The translations under genes were made by a program, and so were the position numbers. Under the pieces are notes generated by a model, which did no database searches, was not told the origin of the DNA, and saw only the letters and a program-made list of their open reading frames with translations. DNA of 51,703 nucleotides, counting the filler, from Catajapyx aquilonaris (lineage: Eukaryota): assembly GCA_000934665.2 (NCBI GenBank). It is 2 parts of 2 records of this genome, joined end to end, with 100 filler letters (N's around TTAATTAATTAA, not from the genome) between each part and the next. Parts side by side here need not be neighbours in the genome. Positions count along the whole stretch, not along the records: positions 25,623 to 51,703 come from JYFJ02005356.1; 1 more part is not named here. One strand, written 5' to 3'. Positions 38,501 to 49,683 of this stretch are shown in pieces. The number at the start of each line of letters is the position of its first letter. Position 1 is the stretch's first letter.

Positions 38501-38694
38501 AACTGTGGTCCAAAAGGACCCCACTTCACGGTTCTCGGAACACGCGAAAGAAAACTCCATTACAAAAATGAAATGTTGCCATTTAAAAAAATATATATAT
38601 AACAGGAAGTGCATATTTATTTTGAATTAGCGATCATTTTAGCCATTGTTCAAAGAATGATTGCATATAGTCAGTACATTGAAAAGTATTATAA

Positions 38695-39357
38695 GAGCAA
38701 AAACATTCCCTGCAGTGAAGAAAAGGGTAGGAAGACCTCCGTGGCGGAATGAAGGTACTGAAACAAGGCAGGCGCACGTAAGACCTTCACCAATTGATTT
38801 CAGCTGTACCACAGGTCTTACTCAAGCAATTTCCAATTTACTGCTCATGAAGTCTCCTGTCTGAAAACATTAATTTCCCCTGAGCCACTACATATCAGTG
38901 TGTTTTCTGAAATGAGGAACTTCAATATTAAGGATATTGAATTTCTATGCCATTTGTGCGAATTTATTTCCATGAAACATTTATGCAGAATCGTCACCTC
39001 ATTTAGATACCGATTCAAGCGAATTTGTAATTTTTCAAATGTAAATTGGTGAAATTGAGAGGGTCTTTTAATGATTGGATTCTGTATTTTCAGGACGAAA
39101 ATTTCCAAGTCTGTGAGTATGCGTTACTAAGTTTTGATTAATTGTTTCCCCTACTCACTGCTCGCGCCGAGTAGTTTGCATCAGTAATTTTTACCAGCCG
39201 TTCCATACAGTACTTCAGAATAATTGCTTGAGTAAGACCTATGGCACAGCTTAAATGAATTGGTGAAGGTCTTACGTGCGCCTGCCTTGTTTCAGTACTT
39301 TCATTCCGCCACGGAGGTCTTACTACCCTTTTTTCACTGAAGGGAATGTTTTTCCTC
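38695..39357. mobile_element. MITE with ~140-bp TIRs and GAG...CTC termini (possibly Sola2/3-type)
   Basis: 38695-38832 is the reverse complement of ~39221-39357. Flanks are ATAA and TTAT. Confidence 0.7.
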
Positions 39358-39644
39358 TTATTTCAGTTCTTTTTTTAAACCCATTCGCAATACCAGATAT
39401 ACCGCCATCGCCTAGGTTGTCGCCGAGGTTGTCGCTGACACGTACTCTGAAGACAAGGACAAGATATTTTACAAATAATAACAGCTACAGTGATATACGT
39501 ATCATATCATACTAACACGTTTATGCTCTCCAGTCTACACTATACCGTCTGCGCTATGAATGTATTGGAGACGTTTTTCGTCGCTTAGAAATCCCTAAAA
39601 TGATTTTCACAGAGATAGCTGTAAAAAACGAAATTATGAGTCCT

Positions 39645-39932
39645 ACCGGCCAACAGTCTGATTTAATTATGAAATAGCCTATTATTTATGTTAAAATATA
39701 CGGAATATCTACATTGAGAACCGTACCAGGCAAATTTGCTGAAATCGCGGTATTTTGCGAGAATTAAATCAATACTTTAGTATCTGCAGCTTGCCTCCGT
39801 CACGTCTGAAAACTCCCAAACTCATTAAATTTCAGCAAATTCGTCTGGCACGTTTCTCGAGGTAGATATTCCGCATATACTGTAGCATAATTTCATAATA
39901 AATCATATTAAATCAGCTTAAAAGTTGACCAG
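39645..39932. mobile_element. Decayed MITE-like inverted repeat
   Basis: CGGAATATCTAC...AATTTGCTGAAAT pairs with ATTTCAGCAAATT...GTAGATATTCCG. Confidence 0.55.
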
Positions 39933-40089
39933 TAATACCTGGCGATGGCAATATAGCAGGCATAGCCGGATAAAACGAAGTTCAAGAAACCGCAGAAAAA
40001 GTGTTTTAACCTAGGTCTGCTAAAGCCAAATCGTCACTTTTGCAACGACGGAGATTTCTGCTTTCCATACAGCTGTAATATGCACTACT

Positions 40090-40129
40090 ACTATTGATGA
40101 TGATGATGATCATGATCATGATCATGATC

Positions 40130-40180
<51 letters not shown>

Positions 40181-40484
40181 CTGCTGATGATGCTGCTGAT
40201 GCTGCTGCTGATGATGATGATGATGATGAATACCCCGTGATAAGCCTCCTTGGGCTTTTTAGGGGATCATCTTTTAATAGACCGACTTTAATCATTTCCC
40301 TGTAATGTGATGGATTTTGATAGTGGGAGGAAACGGGAGAACCCCGAGAAAATCCACGCGAACACGGAGAGAACCCATCGAAACTCTATCCACATAAGTA
40401 TCCTCTGTCCGGTCCGGGGATCGAACCCGGGACCTTAGAGGAGGAAGGCTGCGGCGCTAACCACTCGGCCACCGTGTCGCCCTC
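40090..40484 (-). mobile_element. Full-length SINE family A with an expanded (TCA)n/(GCA) tail
   Basis: Minus strand GAGGGCGACACGGTGGCCGAGTGG (A box), then GGTTCGATCC (B box). TSD ATATGCACTACT at 40078-89 and 40485-96. Confidence 0.92.
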
Positions 40485-40935
40485 ATATGCACTACTTCTT
40501 GACTAAATCTATCAAAAATGCAATATTAGCTCACCCGGAAATAGATTATCCAAGACCAAAATATCCAAAAATTTCTTCTGCCTTCTCCTTTTTGCAACTT
40601 TTATACCTGGAAAACTCAATTTTCCTACCGAGGGGCCAATAAATGGTCTGTTATACCCGAGGTGAGGTGAAAATGAGTGTTATATCAGGAGTAAACACAG
40701 GGCCTTATGAAAGTATGCCGGGACTGGCCTTTATAACCAAAAGTCGGATATAGCCGATGTCGTTATATGCGGATTCAACTGTAATAACACCAATCCTGTA
40801 GCAGGCAGTGAAAGGAACCAAGGACATTAGGTAAGGATAGGAATTTTCGGATAGGGGACACGGATGCAGGTGCAATGTCTCAAGCTATGTGCTGTCCCCC
40901 AGACACCTCCAAGGTGCGGGTCAGAGACCCTCCCG

Positions 40936-41204
40936 ATGACGATGATGGATACATCGTGATAGGTCCTCTTGGGCCCTTAGGGGATCATCTTTTATTTATA
41001 CAACTTTAATTATTGCCTGTCCTGTGATGGGTGTTGATTGTGCCATTGTGGGAGGAAACTCGAGAGCACAAAGAAAACTCACGCGAACACGGAGAGAACC
41101 CATCGAAACTCCATCCACATAAAGTATATCCTCAGCCTGATCCAGGGATCGAACTCGGGACCTCAGAGATGGAAGGCTGTGGTGATAGCCATTAGACCAC
41201 CGCG
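40936..41204 (-). mobile_element. Older SINE family A copy
   Basis: Colinear homology to 40225-40475. Confidence 0.8.
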
Positions 41205-41659
41205 AAGAGGCTCCTTGACAACTTCAACCTGAGCCTCAAAAAAGACAAGCGTTTCTACCTACAAATTCTTTATTCAATATTACTATACCATACCAGGGAC
41301 AAATATTATGTTAAACGAACAATAATTACCCAAGACTCTCCCCTGGCGTGATACTGAATTGTACAGATCAAATTGCACACCCTGGTCATTCCGTCCTCAC
41401 TCAGTTCCTGCCCTCCTCTTTTCCTTTCCCCATATCCCCCAATGCATACATGCCACATATCCATCGAAGATGCCCCCTGAACGCTTCAGAAAAAAACTAA
41501 CTACTGTAGTGAACAAGGTATGTGTCAATGAGTTCTTATGTCTTCCATACTAGGTAGGTGATGGCTGTGGAAACGAGAGACACAACTGACAAGGATTCTT
41601 TCATTCATTGTAGGCCTGATCACATGCCCACACAGTCTGATTCACACAGATCAGCATAT

Positions 41660-43142
41660 GGGTCAATAGTGAAATAACGTACAATTTCAGTTCCAAAATT
41701 TAAATACAAAAATATCCTCAGAAAAATGCAGATTTTTTTTTTTTTGAATGAATGACTTACCTCTGGCGTTCACGCACAAACAGCGGCCGAGATCGTAGAC
41801 TTAAATAGTACATATTTTGTTAATTCTAACAATGCTGTAACCACAGCTGTAAACACACAGTTAAGAGTACATAGTCTACTTGACCTTAAAGAACTCAGTG
41901 TGGCGCAGGGTGTAGAACCATGGCTAGCTCAATCCCTAATATAAATGTAAGAAATACTTCAAATGAAATGAAACAAAAAATGTGGAAATTCAGAGTACTC
42001 GAGACTTATCGTACATATGGTTACATCTGACAATAAGTGGTGCACATCTAAGAGTGCATTAGAAACATGGTACAGATGGTCCAACACATTCAAATAGGTT
42101 ATTAAAATCATGTCCTTGAACATCTGACCCCGCCTAGGGGCGCCTGTGGATGGGTAGTGAGGACGTGAGGAATTACCTGTTTACTCCATGTAAAACATGG
42201 TAGGTTCAGGTTACAAACTTGTCATTTGAAAGAATAAGCTCCTTGTACCTCATAACCCATGTAATTAAGAAAAAAACATGTACTTGAACTGCTTAGTTAC
42301 ATTTACCAGGTGCCACAGATGTGATGCACTGATCTTGACACTTCAATTAATCTGAAGTTTAGAGCAGAATGACACGCCTTCAAGCAACCAAACCAACAGG
42401 TTTTTGATTCAGCTTCTCAATATGGCTGCACCAGCAAGCAAAAAGACAAAAATCCTGCACATTGCTGCTTACTGGATGATTGTAAACAGTTTTTGTTTAT
42501 GTCCACGCACATGACTAGAAACCTTGGCACAAAATTCCAGTTGCAATAAAATCAATGCAATTTGGAACTTCATGACAAAGAATGCATCCTTCAGTATTCC
42601 TTTCTCCATTATTCTAATGTAAAAATTGAAAGAGAATCTTATGCCTGGCATAAAAATTGACAAATCTACGAAAGTGAAGGTTGGGACACATGTGATTTTT
42701 CACGATCTGTGGCCTAAAGAAAAATATTTAGTAATTTTCACATTACATATTGCCTATGTGCCCCGTATTCCGCAAGTGGCACTCTTATATCATTTTATGT
42801 TATCTGCTTTTCCAATGTTATTTGATTTTTTGTTCAGTTGCTCTATATTTATTTTTGTTTATACTGTTATTAACTTTTTACATTGTATGTTTATGTATTT
42901 GTATGTATGTGTCCATATCACCGATTTCATCATCACCAAATTCATTATATCTTCTGCGTGGCCTGACCAGTCACCAGAAGATCCATCGTAATGGTCATAC
43001 GAGACGGCTAGGCAAAAACTAGTCGTCGCTGGATACCCCATCTCTGGGATTATGCCGTGATGTTATGAGCGAATGAATTAATGAATTTTAAGTCCAGAAA
43101 TTAGCTGGGACAAGAATTGCACGTTTTTTTCACTATTTACCC
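41660..43142. mobile_element. Non-autonomous TIR element with ATAT TSD (Sola1-like target), in the presumed 3' UTR of ZF gene B
   Basis: ATAT|GGGTCAATAGTGAAATAACGTACAATT...AATTGCACGTTTTTTTCACTATTTACCC|ATAT. Copy A has the empty site at ~30211. Confidence 0.8.
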
Positions 43143-43320
43143 ATATGCTTACATTCTCATTGCTGAGTACAAAGTTGGGGTCTATTCTACACTTGGTAGG
43201 TTCACATGAAGCCAATGGGATTACAGATAACTCAGTTCACATCTCCTGTTTGGGATTCCTCACACCTCATGTAGTCTATAACTAATGCAGCACGTGTGTG
43301 AATGGGGCCTTGACGAAAAA

Positions 43321-44403
43321 TCACTTTTCTCCTTTGTGCATTCTAACAACATGATCTTTCAAATGTCCTGACTTACTATACTTCTTCTTGCAAACCTGCC
43401 AACTGAATGGCTTCTCCCCCGTATGGGTTCTCATGTGCTTATTCAAATTTCCTGACTCACTAAACTTCTTCTTGCAAATCTGGCAACTGAATGGCTTCTC
43501 CCCAGTGTGGGTCCTCATGTGGACATTCAAACTTACTGAATGACTAAACTTTCTCTCACAAACGTCGCAACTGAATGGCTTCTCCCCTGTGTGCACCTTC
43601 ATGTGTATATTCAAATGTCCTGACTGGCTAAACTTTTTCTTGCAAACCTTGCAACTGAATGGTTTCTCCCCTGTGTGGGTTCTCGTGTGTTTTTTCAGAT
43701 CACCTGATGCAATAAACTTCTTCTCGCAGACCTGACAACTGAATGGCTTTTCCCCTGTGTGGGTTCTCATGTGCTTACTCAAATGTCCTGACTGACTAAA
43801 CTTTCTCTCACAAACCTCACAACTGAATGGCTTCTCCCCTGTGTGGGTTCTCATGTGTCTATTCAAATGTACTGTTAGACGAAACTTTTGTTTGCAAATT
43901 ATGCAACGGAATGGCTTCTCCCCCGTGTGAACCCTCATGTGGTCATTCAAACTTCCTGAAATACTAAACTTTTTCTCGCAAATCTGGCAACTGAATGGTT
44001 TCTCCCCAGTGTGGGATCTCATGTGTATATTCAAATGTCCTGACTCGCTAAACTTTCTCTCACAAACCTGGCAACTGTATGGCTTCTCCCCAGTGTGAAC
44101 CCTCATGTGTGTATTCAAACGTGATGACCCCCTAAACTTTCTCTCACAAACCCTGCAGCTGTATGGCTTCTCCCCTGTGTGGGTTCTCATGTGTGAATTC
44201 AAATGTCCTGACGTTCTAAACTTTTTCTCATAAACCTGGCAACTGAATGGCTTCTCCCCAGTGTGGGTTCTCATGTGAATTTGCAAATTACTCCAGCAAC
44301 TACACTCCCTCTTGCAAATATGACAAACCTGCCTCCCGAAGTGTCTCCCTTTGTGCTTGTCTTGCCTGGTCCCATTCTGCATGTTGTCTTCAGCACCGTT
44401 TCC
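43321..44403 (-). CDS. C2H2 zinc-finger gene B, last exon (12 fingers, two with a lost Cys)
   Basis: Acceptor TTTCAG|GGA, phase 0. Finger 2 reads CQVY and finger 12 reads WQVC. Paralogue of gene A. Confidence 0.92.
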   Translation of the reverse strand, partial: GNGAEDNMQNGTRQDKHKGRHFGRQVCHICKRECSCWSNLQIHMRTHTGEKPFSCQVYEKKFRTSGHLNSHMRTHTGEKPYSCRVCERKFRGSSRLNTHMRVHTGEKPYSCQVCERKFSESGHLNIHMRSHTGEKPFSCQICEKKFSISGSLNDHMRVHTGEKPFRCIICKQKFRLTVHLNRHMRTHTGEKPFSCEVCERKFSQSGHLSKHMRTHTGEKPFSCQVCEKKFIASGDLKKHTRTHTGEKPFSCKVCKKKFSQSGHLNIHMKVHTGEKPFSCDVCERKFSHSVSLNVHMRTHTGEKPFSCQICKKKFSESGNLNKHMRTHTGEKPFSWQVCKKKYSKSGHLKDHVVRMHKGEK

Positions 44404-44604
44404 CTGAAAGAAATGCAAGTGTACATGAAGGGAGATGTTGGGACATAGTTTTCCAATCACACAAGATAATTGCTGGGGCATTTCATGTGCCATGGACCAC
44501 CTTTTCCCTTCATCCTCGCTAATTTTTATTAAAAGAATTCTTGCAGGATTACTTTTGCAGTGGTCCACCATAATATTTAGTGTAAGTTATTTCTAATAAT
44601 ATTA

Positions 44605-44747
44605 CGGTATTGTATAAAAAATAGAAACTCATACAGTATTTTGCCTAATTGTACTGTATTCCCCGTTTGTTTCCCCACCCGCCTCGCGATATGGGCGACA
44701 TCTATATGCCAGATAAAATTGTAATCGCCGGATCTTCAAAATTCAGC
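44605..44747 (+). repeat. 143-bp direct repeat, left copy (right copy 47421-47563)
   Basis: The two copies read identically and flank the Sola1 element. Confidence 0.95.
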
Positions 44748-45103
44748 GGTCAAAGCAGTAACCAGACATGTCACATTTTTACAACTTTTCAGGAGGAACA
44801 AAAAACTGTATAAAAATTTGGTGTTAAATAATATGAAAATTCCAATGTGGCAAAAGCAAGATTATACCCTAACAAACATTTTAGTGTCGTATTTAAAAAT
44901 ATTGCTTTGTTAATATAGGAGATATGGCGGTTTTGTTTTGGACATGTCTTTTTTCTTCACTGACTGAAGTTTCAGTCTTAGAGATAATAAATTTTATTGT
45001 CTCTTATTTGAAACATGTGAGGGAAAAGAAGTAGAAAATAGACTCCCTTGCTATTATTTAATGAATTTCTGAATAATAATACATAAAAATGCGCACAGGA
45101 AAA

Positions 45104-46546
45104 TCACGCTTTCAAATTTTGATACACATTCTGGTGGATGAGAGGTACATATCTTCGAACCAGGTTCTGCACATCTTTCAATTTGTCTCCCTTGATTGGC
45201 AGGTCCTCTGAATACATGGGCTTGTTAGGGAAAGACACCGTCACACGCGGTTTTTCAATAGCAAACCTGGACATCAGGGCATCATGGTCCACGTATGTCT
45301 TCCCAACTGACACTTCTGTGGGATGTGCAAAGCTGTAGTGCAGCATTTTAACAGACATAAGTTTAAGTTTTTCTTTGACCTTGTTAGCGACTTGTTTTTT
45401 CATGATTGTTAGAAAATGAGCTTGGAAGTCAAAAATCATATCCTGATCTACCTGTACCACGTGAAAGTGGTTCTTGCGGCGAGCGCTTCGTATGATGTTT
45501 ATGTATTCGGCGGGTGTGTAGATTCGTTCCTGTCGGGACACAGCCCTCTCTATGGCCGCGAAATCAGCATCGCAGGGCATAAAAGAGTGTCCACGCACAG
45601 GGAAAAAATGTTTCACTATTTTAAAACGGCCAAGCTTCACCAGAGAATAAAAATATGCCATAACTGTTCTGTTCCTGTTCTGGCCTGTGCATGCGTCAGA
45701 AAAGACATAGATAGTTTCAACCGATTTTGAAATGACATGTTCGAAGAAATGGTGCAGACACGACACTACCTCATTAGCCCCGTGCTTTGCGATATTTTCT
45801 GTCCAGCAATACATATATCCCTTCTTTTCGTGGCAAACATGTATGTTAAAGTTGTAAAACCACAGCTGTCGCGAGTAAAATACCTCATTAACTGGTAATT
45901 TGGGTAGCGGCAGGTTCTTCTCAAAGTCGAAAACAATCGTAGCGACTTTACTATCCTGTCGTGCCAATTCTGTACAATTTTTCATAATCTCGTGAAACTT
46001 TTCGGCCTGACGTAGGTGCAACTCTTTTTTCTTAGCGATCTTTCCCTTACCCTCCTCAGTGTCTGCTTCATCTAGCAACTTTACGTATTGGTCACACTGA
46101 GAGCAAGTGTCTGTGTGTGGTCTGCCAAAGTAGTATTGAAAGTGGGTGTTGAAATACTGGAGGAAATACTTGTACTTGACAATAGGATTACACTCGCGGC
46201 CGGATGTTTGCAACAGGTACATATCTGGCTCATACTTGTGAAGATACAAATCATACATCTTACGGACGTTGAGATCCGATGCCAAATAGTACTTCTTATT
46301 TTTCTGATTTCCTCGAGTGTAATGTGACACCTGGCGTGGAAACGACCTTATGTGGATGTCCATTTGCCGAAGAATGTCGTCGGCGATTGCGTTGGCCCTT
46401 TGCCGGTGTTTCCCACGGTTATCAGATGGGAAAGTTATGTGATCCATGGAATATTTGGCCAGCCTCTCCGTACGGGATTTGTTAATCCCGTGAAGGCTAC
46501 AAAATGCTGTCTTGCAGACGATGGTCTCCGTATTGCCAATGCGAAT
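45104..46546 (-). CDS. Sola1-type transposase, exon 2 (catalytic domain)
   Basis: Acceptor TTCTTAG|ATT, phase 0. Motifs VCKTAFCSLHGI, DNRGKH, SHY, DTCSQCD, FDFEKNLPLP, FSDACTGQNRN and GHSFMPCDADF (candidate DDD triad). Spliced product 632 aa. Confidence 0.9.
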   Translation of the reverse strand: MRIGNTETIVCKTAFCSLHGINKSRTERLAKYSMDHITFPSDNRGKHRQRANAIADDILRQMDIHIRSFPRQVSHYTRGNQKNKKYYLASDLNVRKMYDLYLHKYEPDMYLLQTSGRECNPIVKYKYFLQYFNTHFQYYFGRPHTDTCSQCDQYVKLLDEADTEEGKGKIAKKKELHLRQAEKFHEIMKNCTELARQDSKVATIVFDFEKNLPLPKLPVNEVFYSRQLWFYNFNIHVCHEKKGYMYCWTENIAKHGANEVVSCLHHFFEHVISKSVETIYVFSDACTGQNRNRTVMAYFYSLVKLGRFKIVKHFFPVRGHSFMPCDADFAAIERAVSRQERIYTPAEYINIIRSARRKNHFHVVQVDQDMIFDFQAHFLTIMKKQVANKVKEKLKLMSVKMLHYSFAHPTEVSVGKTYVDHDALMSRFAIEKPRVTVSFPNKPMYSEDLPIKGDKLKDVQNLVRRYVPLIHQNVYQNLKA

Positions 46547-46665
46547 CTAAGAAACGTCATGAAAAAGAACTCAGATATAATATTTATTTACTATAGTTAC
46601 AATGTAGGGCCATAAAATATTATGGTAGAAGTGGTAAGGTAAAATATAAAAATTGAAAAATGTAC

Positions 46666-47121
46666 CTTGTAGTGGAAAGTTGCTGACTTGTCCTTGCGTC
46701 CTTCATCTTCGTTCAATCGGGGCCGCTTCCTTACCACAGGTGACGGGCGTATGAGTCCGGTGAGGTGAGCATCTTGTTTTTCTTTGTCACCAATGCGCAA
46801 GAATGTCTGCAGAATAGCAGTTCTATCCTCTGCCGAGACTCGTGTCCAACACTGTCGCCTACATTTGCACGGCGGGCCTGTCACCACAGCAGGAACACTT
46901 TTTCCACTCCAGTTCAGGTATTCTTCCCCCGATGCACGCTTTTTCTTGATAACATTACGCCTCCAGCTCGATGGATTTCTTGCCCTCTTCCTTCCTTTGG
47001 TCACCTGAGTCTCTGGTTCAGAATCAGAAGTGCTACTTCGTGTGGCAGGAGGCACGTAATCACTTCCTTCACCATCTTCAGAACCGGAGGATATATCACT
47101 CACGTCCTCGGCGGCAGCCAT
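46666..47121 (-). CDS. Sola1-type transposase, exon 1
   Basis: ATG 47121, basic NLS-like KGRKRARNP, CKCRRQC. Donor AAG|GTACAT, 456 nt, phase 0. Confidence 0.85.
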
Positions 47122-47420
47122 TTTCTTAGCGAGAGTGTCACGCGGTGGTGGCGTCCTGAACTACATACTACGAACATGTCCACTACATCCAAATTTGATT
47201 CAGTGCAGTAAGAAGGTAAGTCCAGTTTATATCTGGTTACTGCACTGAATGAGCTACTCTGTGGCCATTTCTTAGCGTTAGGTATCTGATTTTTGCCCAG
47301 AACGGTGGGGGATTTTTTTTTTCCAGTAGTTTGGGATAAAAAAGTCAATTTTGACGAATTTGGACATGTCTGGTTACTGCTTTGACCGTATGTATTGACC
47401 GGTATTGACCGGTATTTGAC

Positions 47421-47563
47421 CGGTATTGTATAAAAAATAGAAACTCATACAGTATTTTGCCTAATTGTACTGTATTCCCCGTTTGTTTCCCCACCCGCCT
47501 CGCGATATGGGCGACATCTATATGCCAGATAAAATTGTAATCGCCGGATCTTCAAAATTCAGC
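47421..47563 (+). repeat. 143-bp direct repeat, right copy
   Basis: Identical to 44605-44747. Confidence 0.95.
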
Positions 47564-48941
47564 AAAGGTCATCTCTGCAAGTGTTACCGTCTTTGAATTA
47601 AAAAAATATGCGCCATGACTTTTGACTCAACCCTCGTATTTACTTGTCCTGAGGACATTTTCTCCACCTACAGTTTTACGGCTGCAGCAAAAAGAAACAC
47701 TGGAAAACAGTGCGTAGCTAATAATAGTTTGTGCATTTTATTTCACCTTTTAATTGATCAATTTATTATTCAGTGTCTCAAATAGGATTCAGTCTACAGC
47801 AGTGGTTCCTAACCTTTTCGTCATGAAGCCCCCCTTTTCGTTTTCACCAAACACTCAAGCCCCTCCCCCCTCCCCCCCCCCGGTCCCAATAAATTTCAGC
47901 AAGTTTCTAGAAAGATATTTTTATAACTGAGGAATGAAAACATATCGAAATAGGGGGAACAACAGAAGGGCTGAGAATTTTTTGGGGGGTTCTAGGTCAC
48001 ACAAGTTTAGGTGAATGTAGCTGACAAAGTACAGTGGAATCCTCCTATACTGTAAGCACATCGGATACATGCAAGTACAAAAGTCGGTCCCCTCATATTT
48101 CCAGCAGCGCCAAGCAGAAGCATGTTACATTCTTTTACTTATTTCATTTGCTGTGCTCGTGCTTTGGAAACCAGGGTTTGTTTCCCTTCCACTGAAAATT
48201 ATTTGTCTAAGTTATGACCGCATCTCAAAATTGGACACAATACTATACCTTTATAATCTCTACAACTTTGATGCATCATGCACAACTGCCTGTTGGATTT
48301 AATTTCAATACATTGCATAATGAGTAACGCTGTGAAATACTGGTTGGCACACACCCTTATTCAGACCGTAGCAAGCCTTTCTCTGTGATACAAGTTCCAA
48401 GCCATCGTTCCTACGAGCACAGAGCATTTTCAGACCCTCTGATTATGGTTCACTCACATTGAACAAACTTCTACCATTCATGCAATTCATTCTTATTCCA
48501 CTCATCCACTGCAATAAATGGGTACCCTACTTCCTACTATAACTCTATAAGCGACCAATACAATAGACACTGGTTTGATTATACCTAATTGGACATAAAA
48601 TGGCAAATGTAACAATTTCTTGGGAGCAAATGCAACTCAATCTTATAAAAGCACCGGATCTGTTGAAACTTCGGTCACCGTAGGGTTTGTTGACCCAGCT
48701 CAAAGTCCAAATACTATTTCGTAGCGTTGGTCTCGATACTTATCGTGAAATAATGACGCAACCCCCCAATCCCCATTCAAATACATGGGGTTGGATCGGG
48801 TGGATAGTGGCACCTCCAAGTGGAGAGGTGGTGAAACTATAGTGTGTATAACTATTGTGACTTTGGAACTTTCTACTAATCATCTGAGTCTTAAATGTAG
48901 ACGATAAATCTGGAACAATTATTATACTGTATTGTTATTAA

Positions 48942-49224
48942 CCCTGGAACCATGCCGTGGGGTCTTTTTGGACCCCAAGGAATTAAAATGCATTAAAATG
49001 ATAATTACAATGAACTTTTGCCAATTTTTTTACAGTATATAATAGGAAGTGCATGTTTATTTTCAATTAGCCATCATTTTAGGCATTGTTCAAAGAATGC
49101 TTGTTTATAGTCAATACATTGAAAAGTATTATATAAAAATCAATACAAATTAATAAATGGATGGGGTCCGCAAAGACCCCATGGCACGGTTGCCGTAACT
49201 TTCAGGCACGGCACGGTTCCAGGG
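48942..49224. mobile_element. piggyBac-like MITE
   Basis: TTAA|CCCTGGAACCATGCCGTG...CACGGCACGGTTCCAGGG. The interior is homologous to ~38600-38693. Confidence 0.75.
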
Positions 49225-49683
49225 TTCCAATAAAGAAAATATGAAGAACCACGCAAGAAAACATAGAAAAGCATAATTCAGCTTGATCTCTGTTCGGACA
49301 TGTTCGAATTCCCACGTGATGTGGACAGGTCTGGCTCCCTGATTCATGCCGCCATTTTGAATCAAATGCTGGCTCGGAAGGATGAAAACTGACCCGCAGC
49401 ATCAGGTACTTGCTACCAATGGAGGTCAAAACACTGGCTGCGAACACAAGAACAGGCTTGCATGAACCACCGTGGTCTTTCCTGCTCGGTACGCTCAATT
49501 ATTAAGATCCCACTATTGGATACAAGATGGCTGCCAGATAGGGGGCTCCTCAAACATGATATCAGTCGTAATGATCCTATCACTTGTGACCCAACGGCAA
49601 AGTTTCACTCCATCCTTTGACTGTCTTCGAAGGAACTCTTTAAACCTAACTAAAATAATTAACACATTGATATATTGCTTTAC

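Larger units (their letters stand above)
44747..47388 (-). mobile_element. Sola1-type DNA transposon, apparently autonomous
   Basis: 26-bp perfect TIR CGGTCAAAGCAGTAACCAGACATGTC (44747-72, 47363-88) enclosing an uninterrupted two-exon transposase. Confidence 0.88.
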
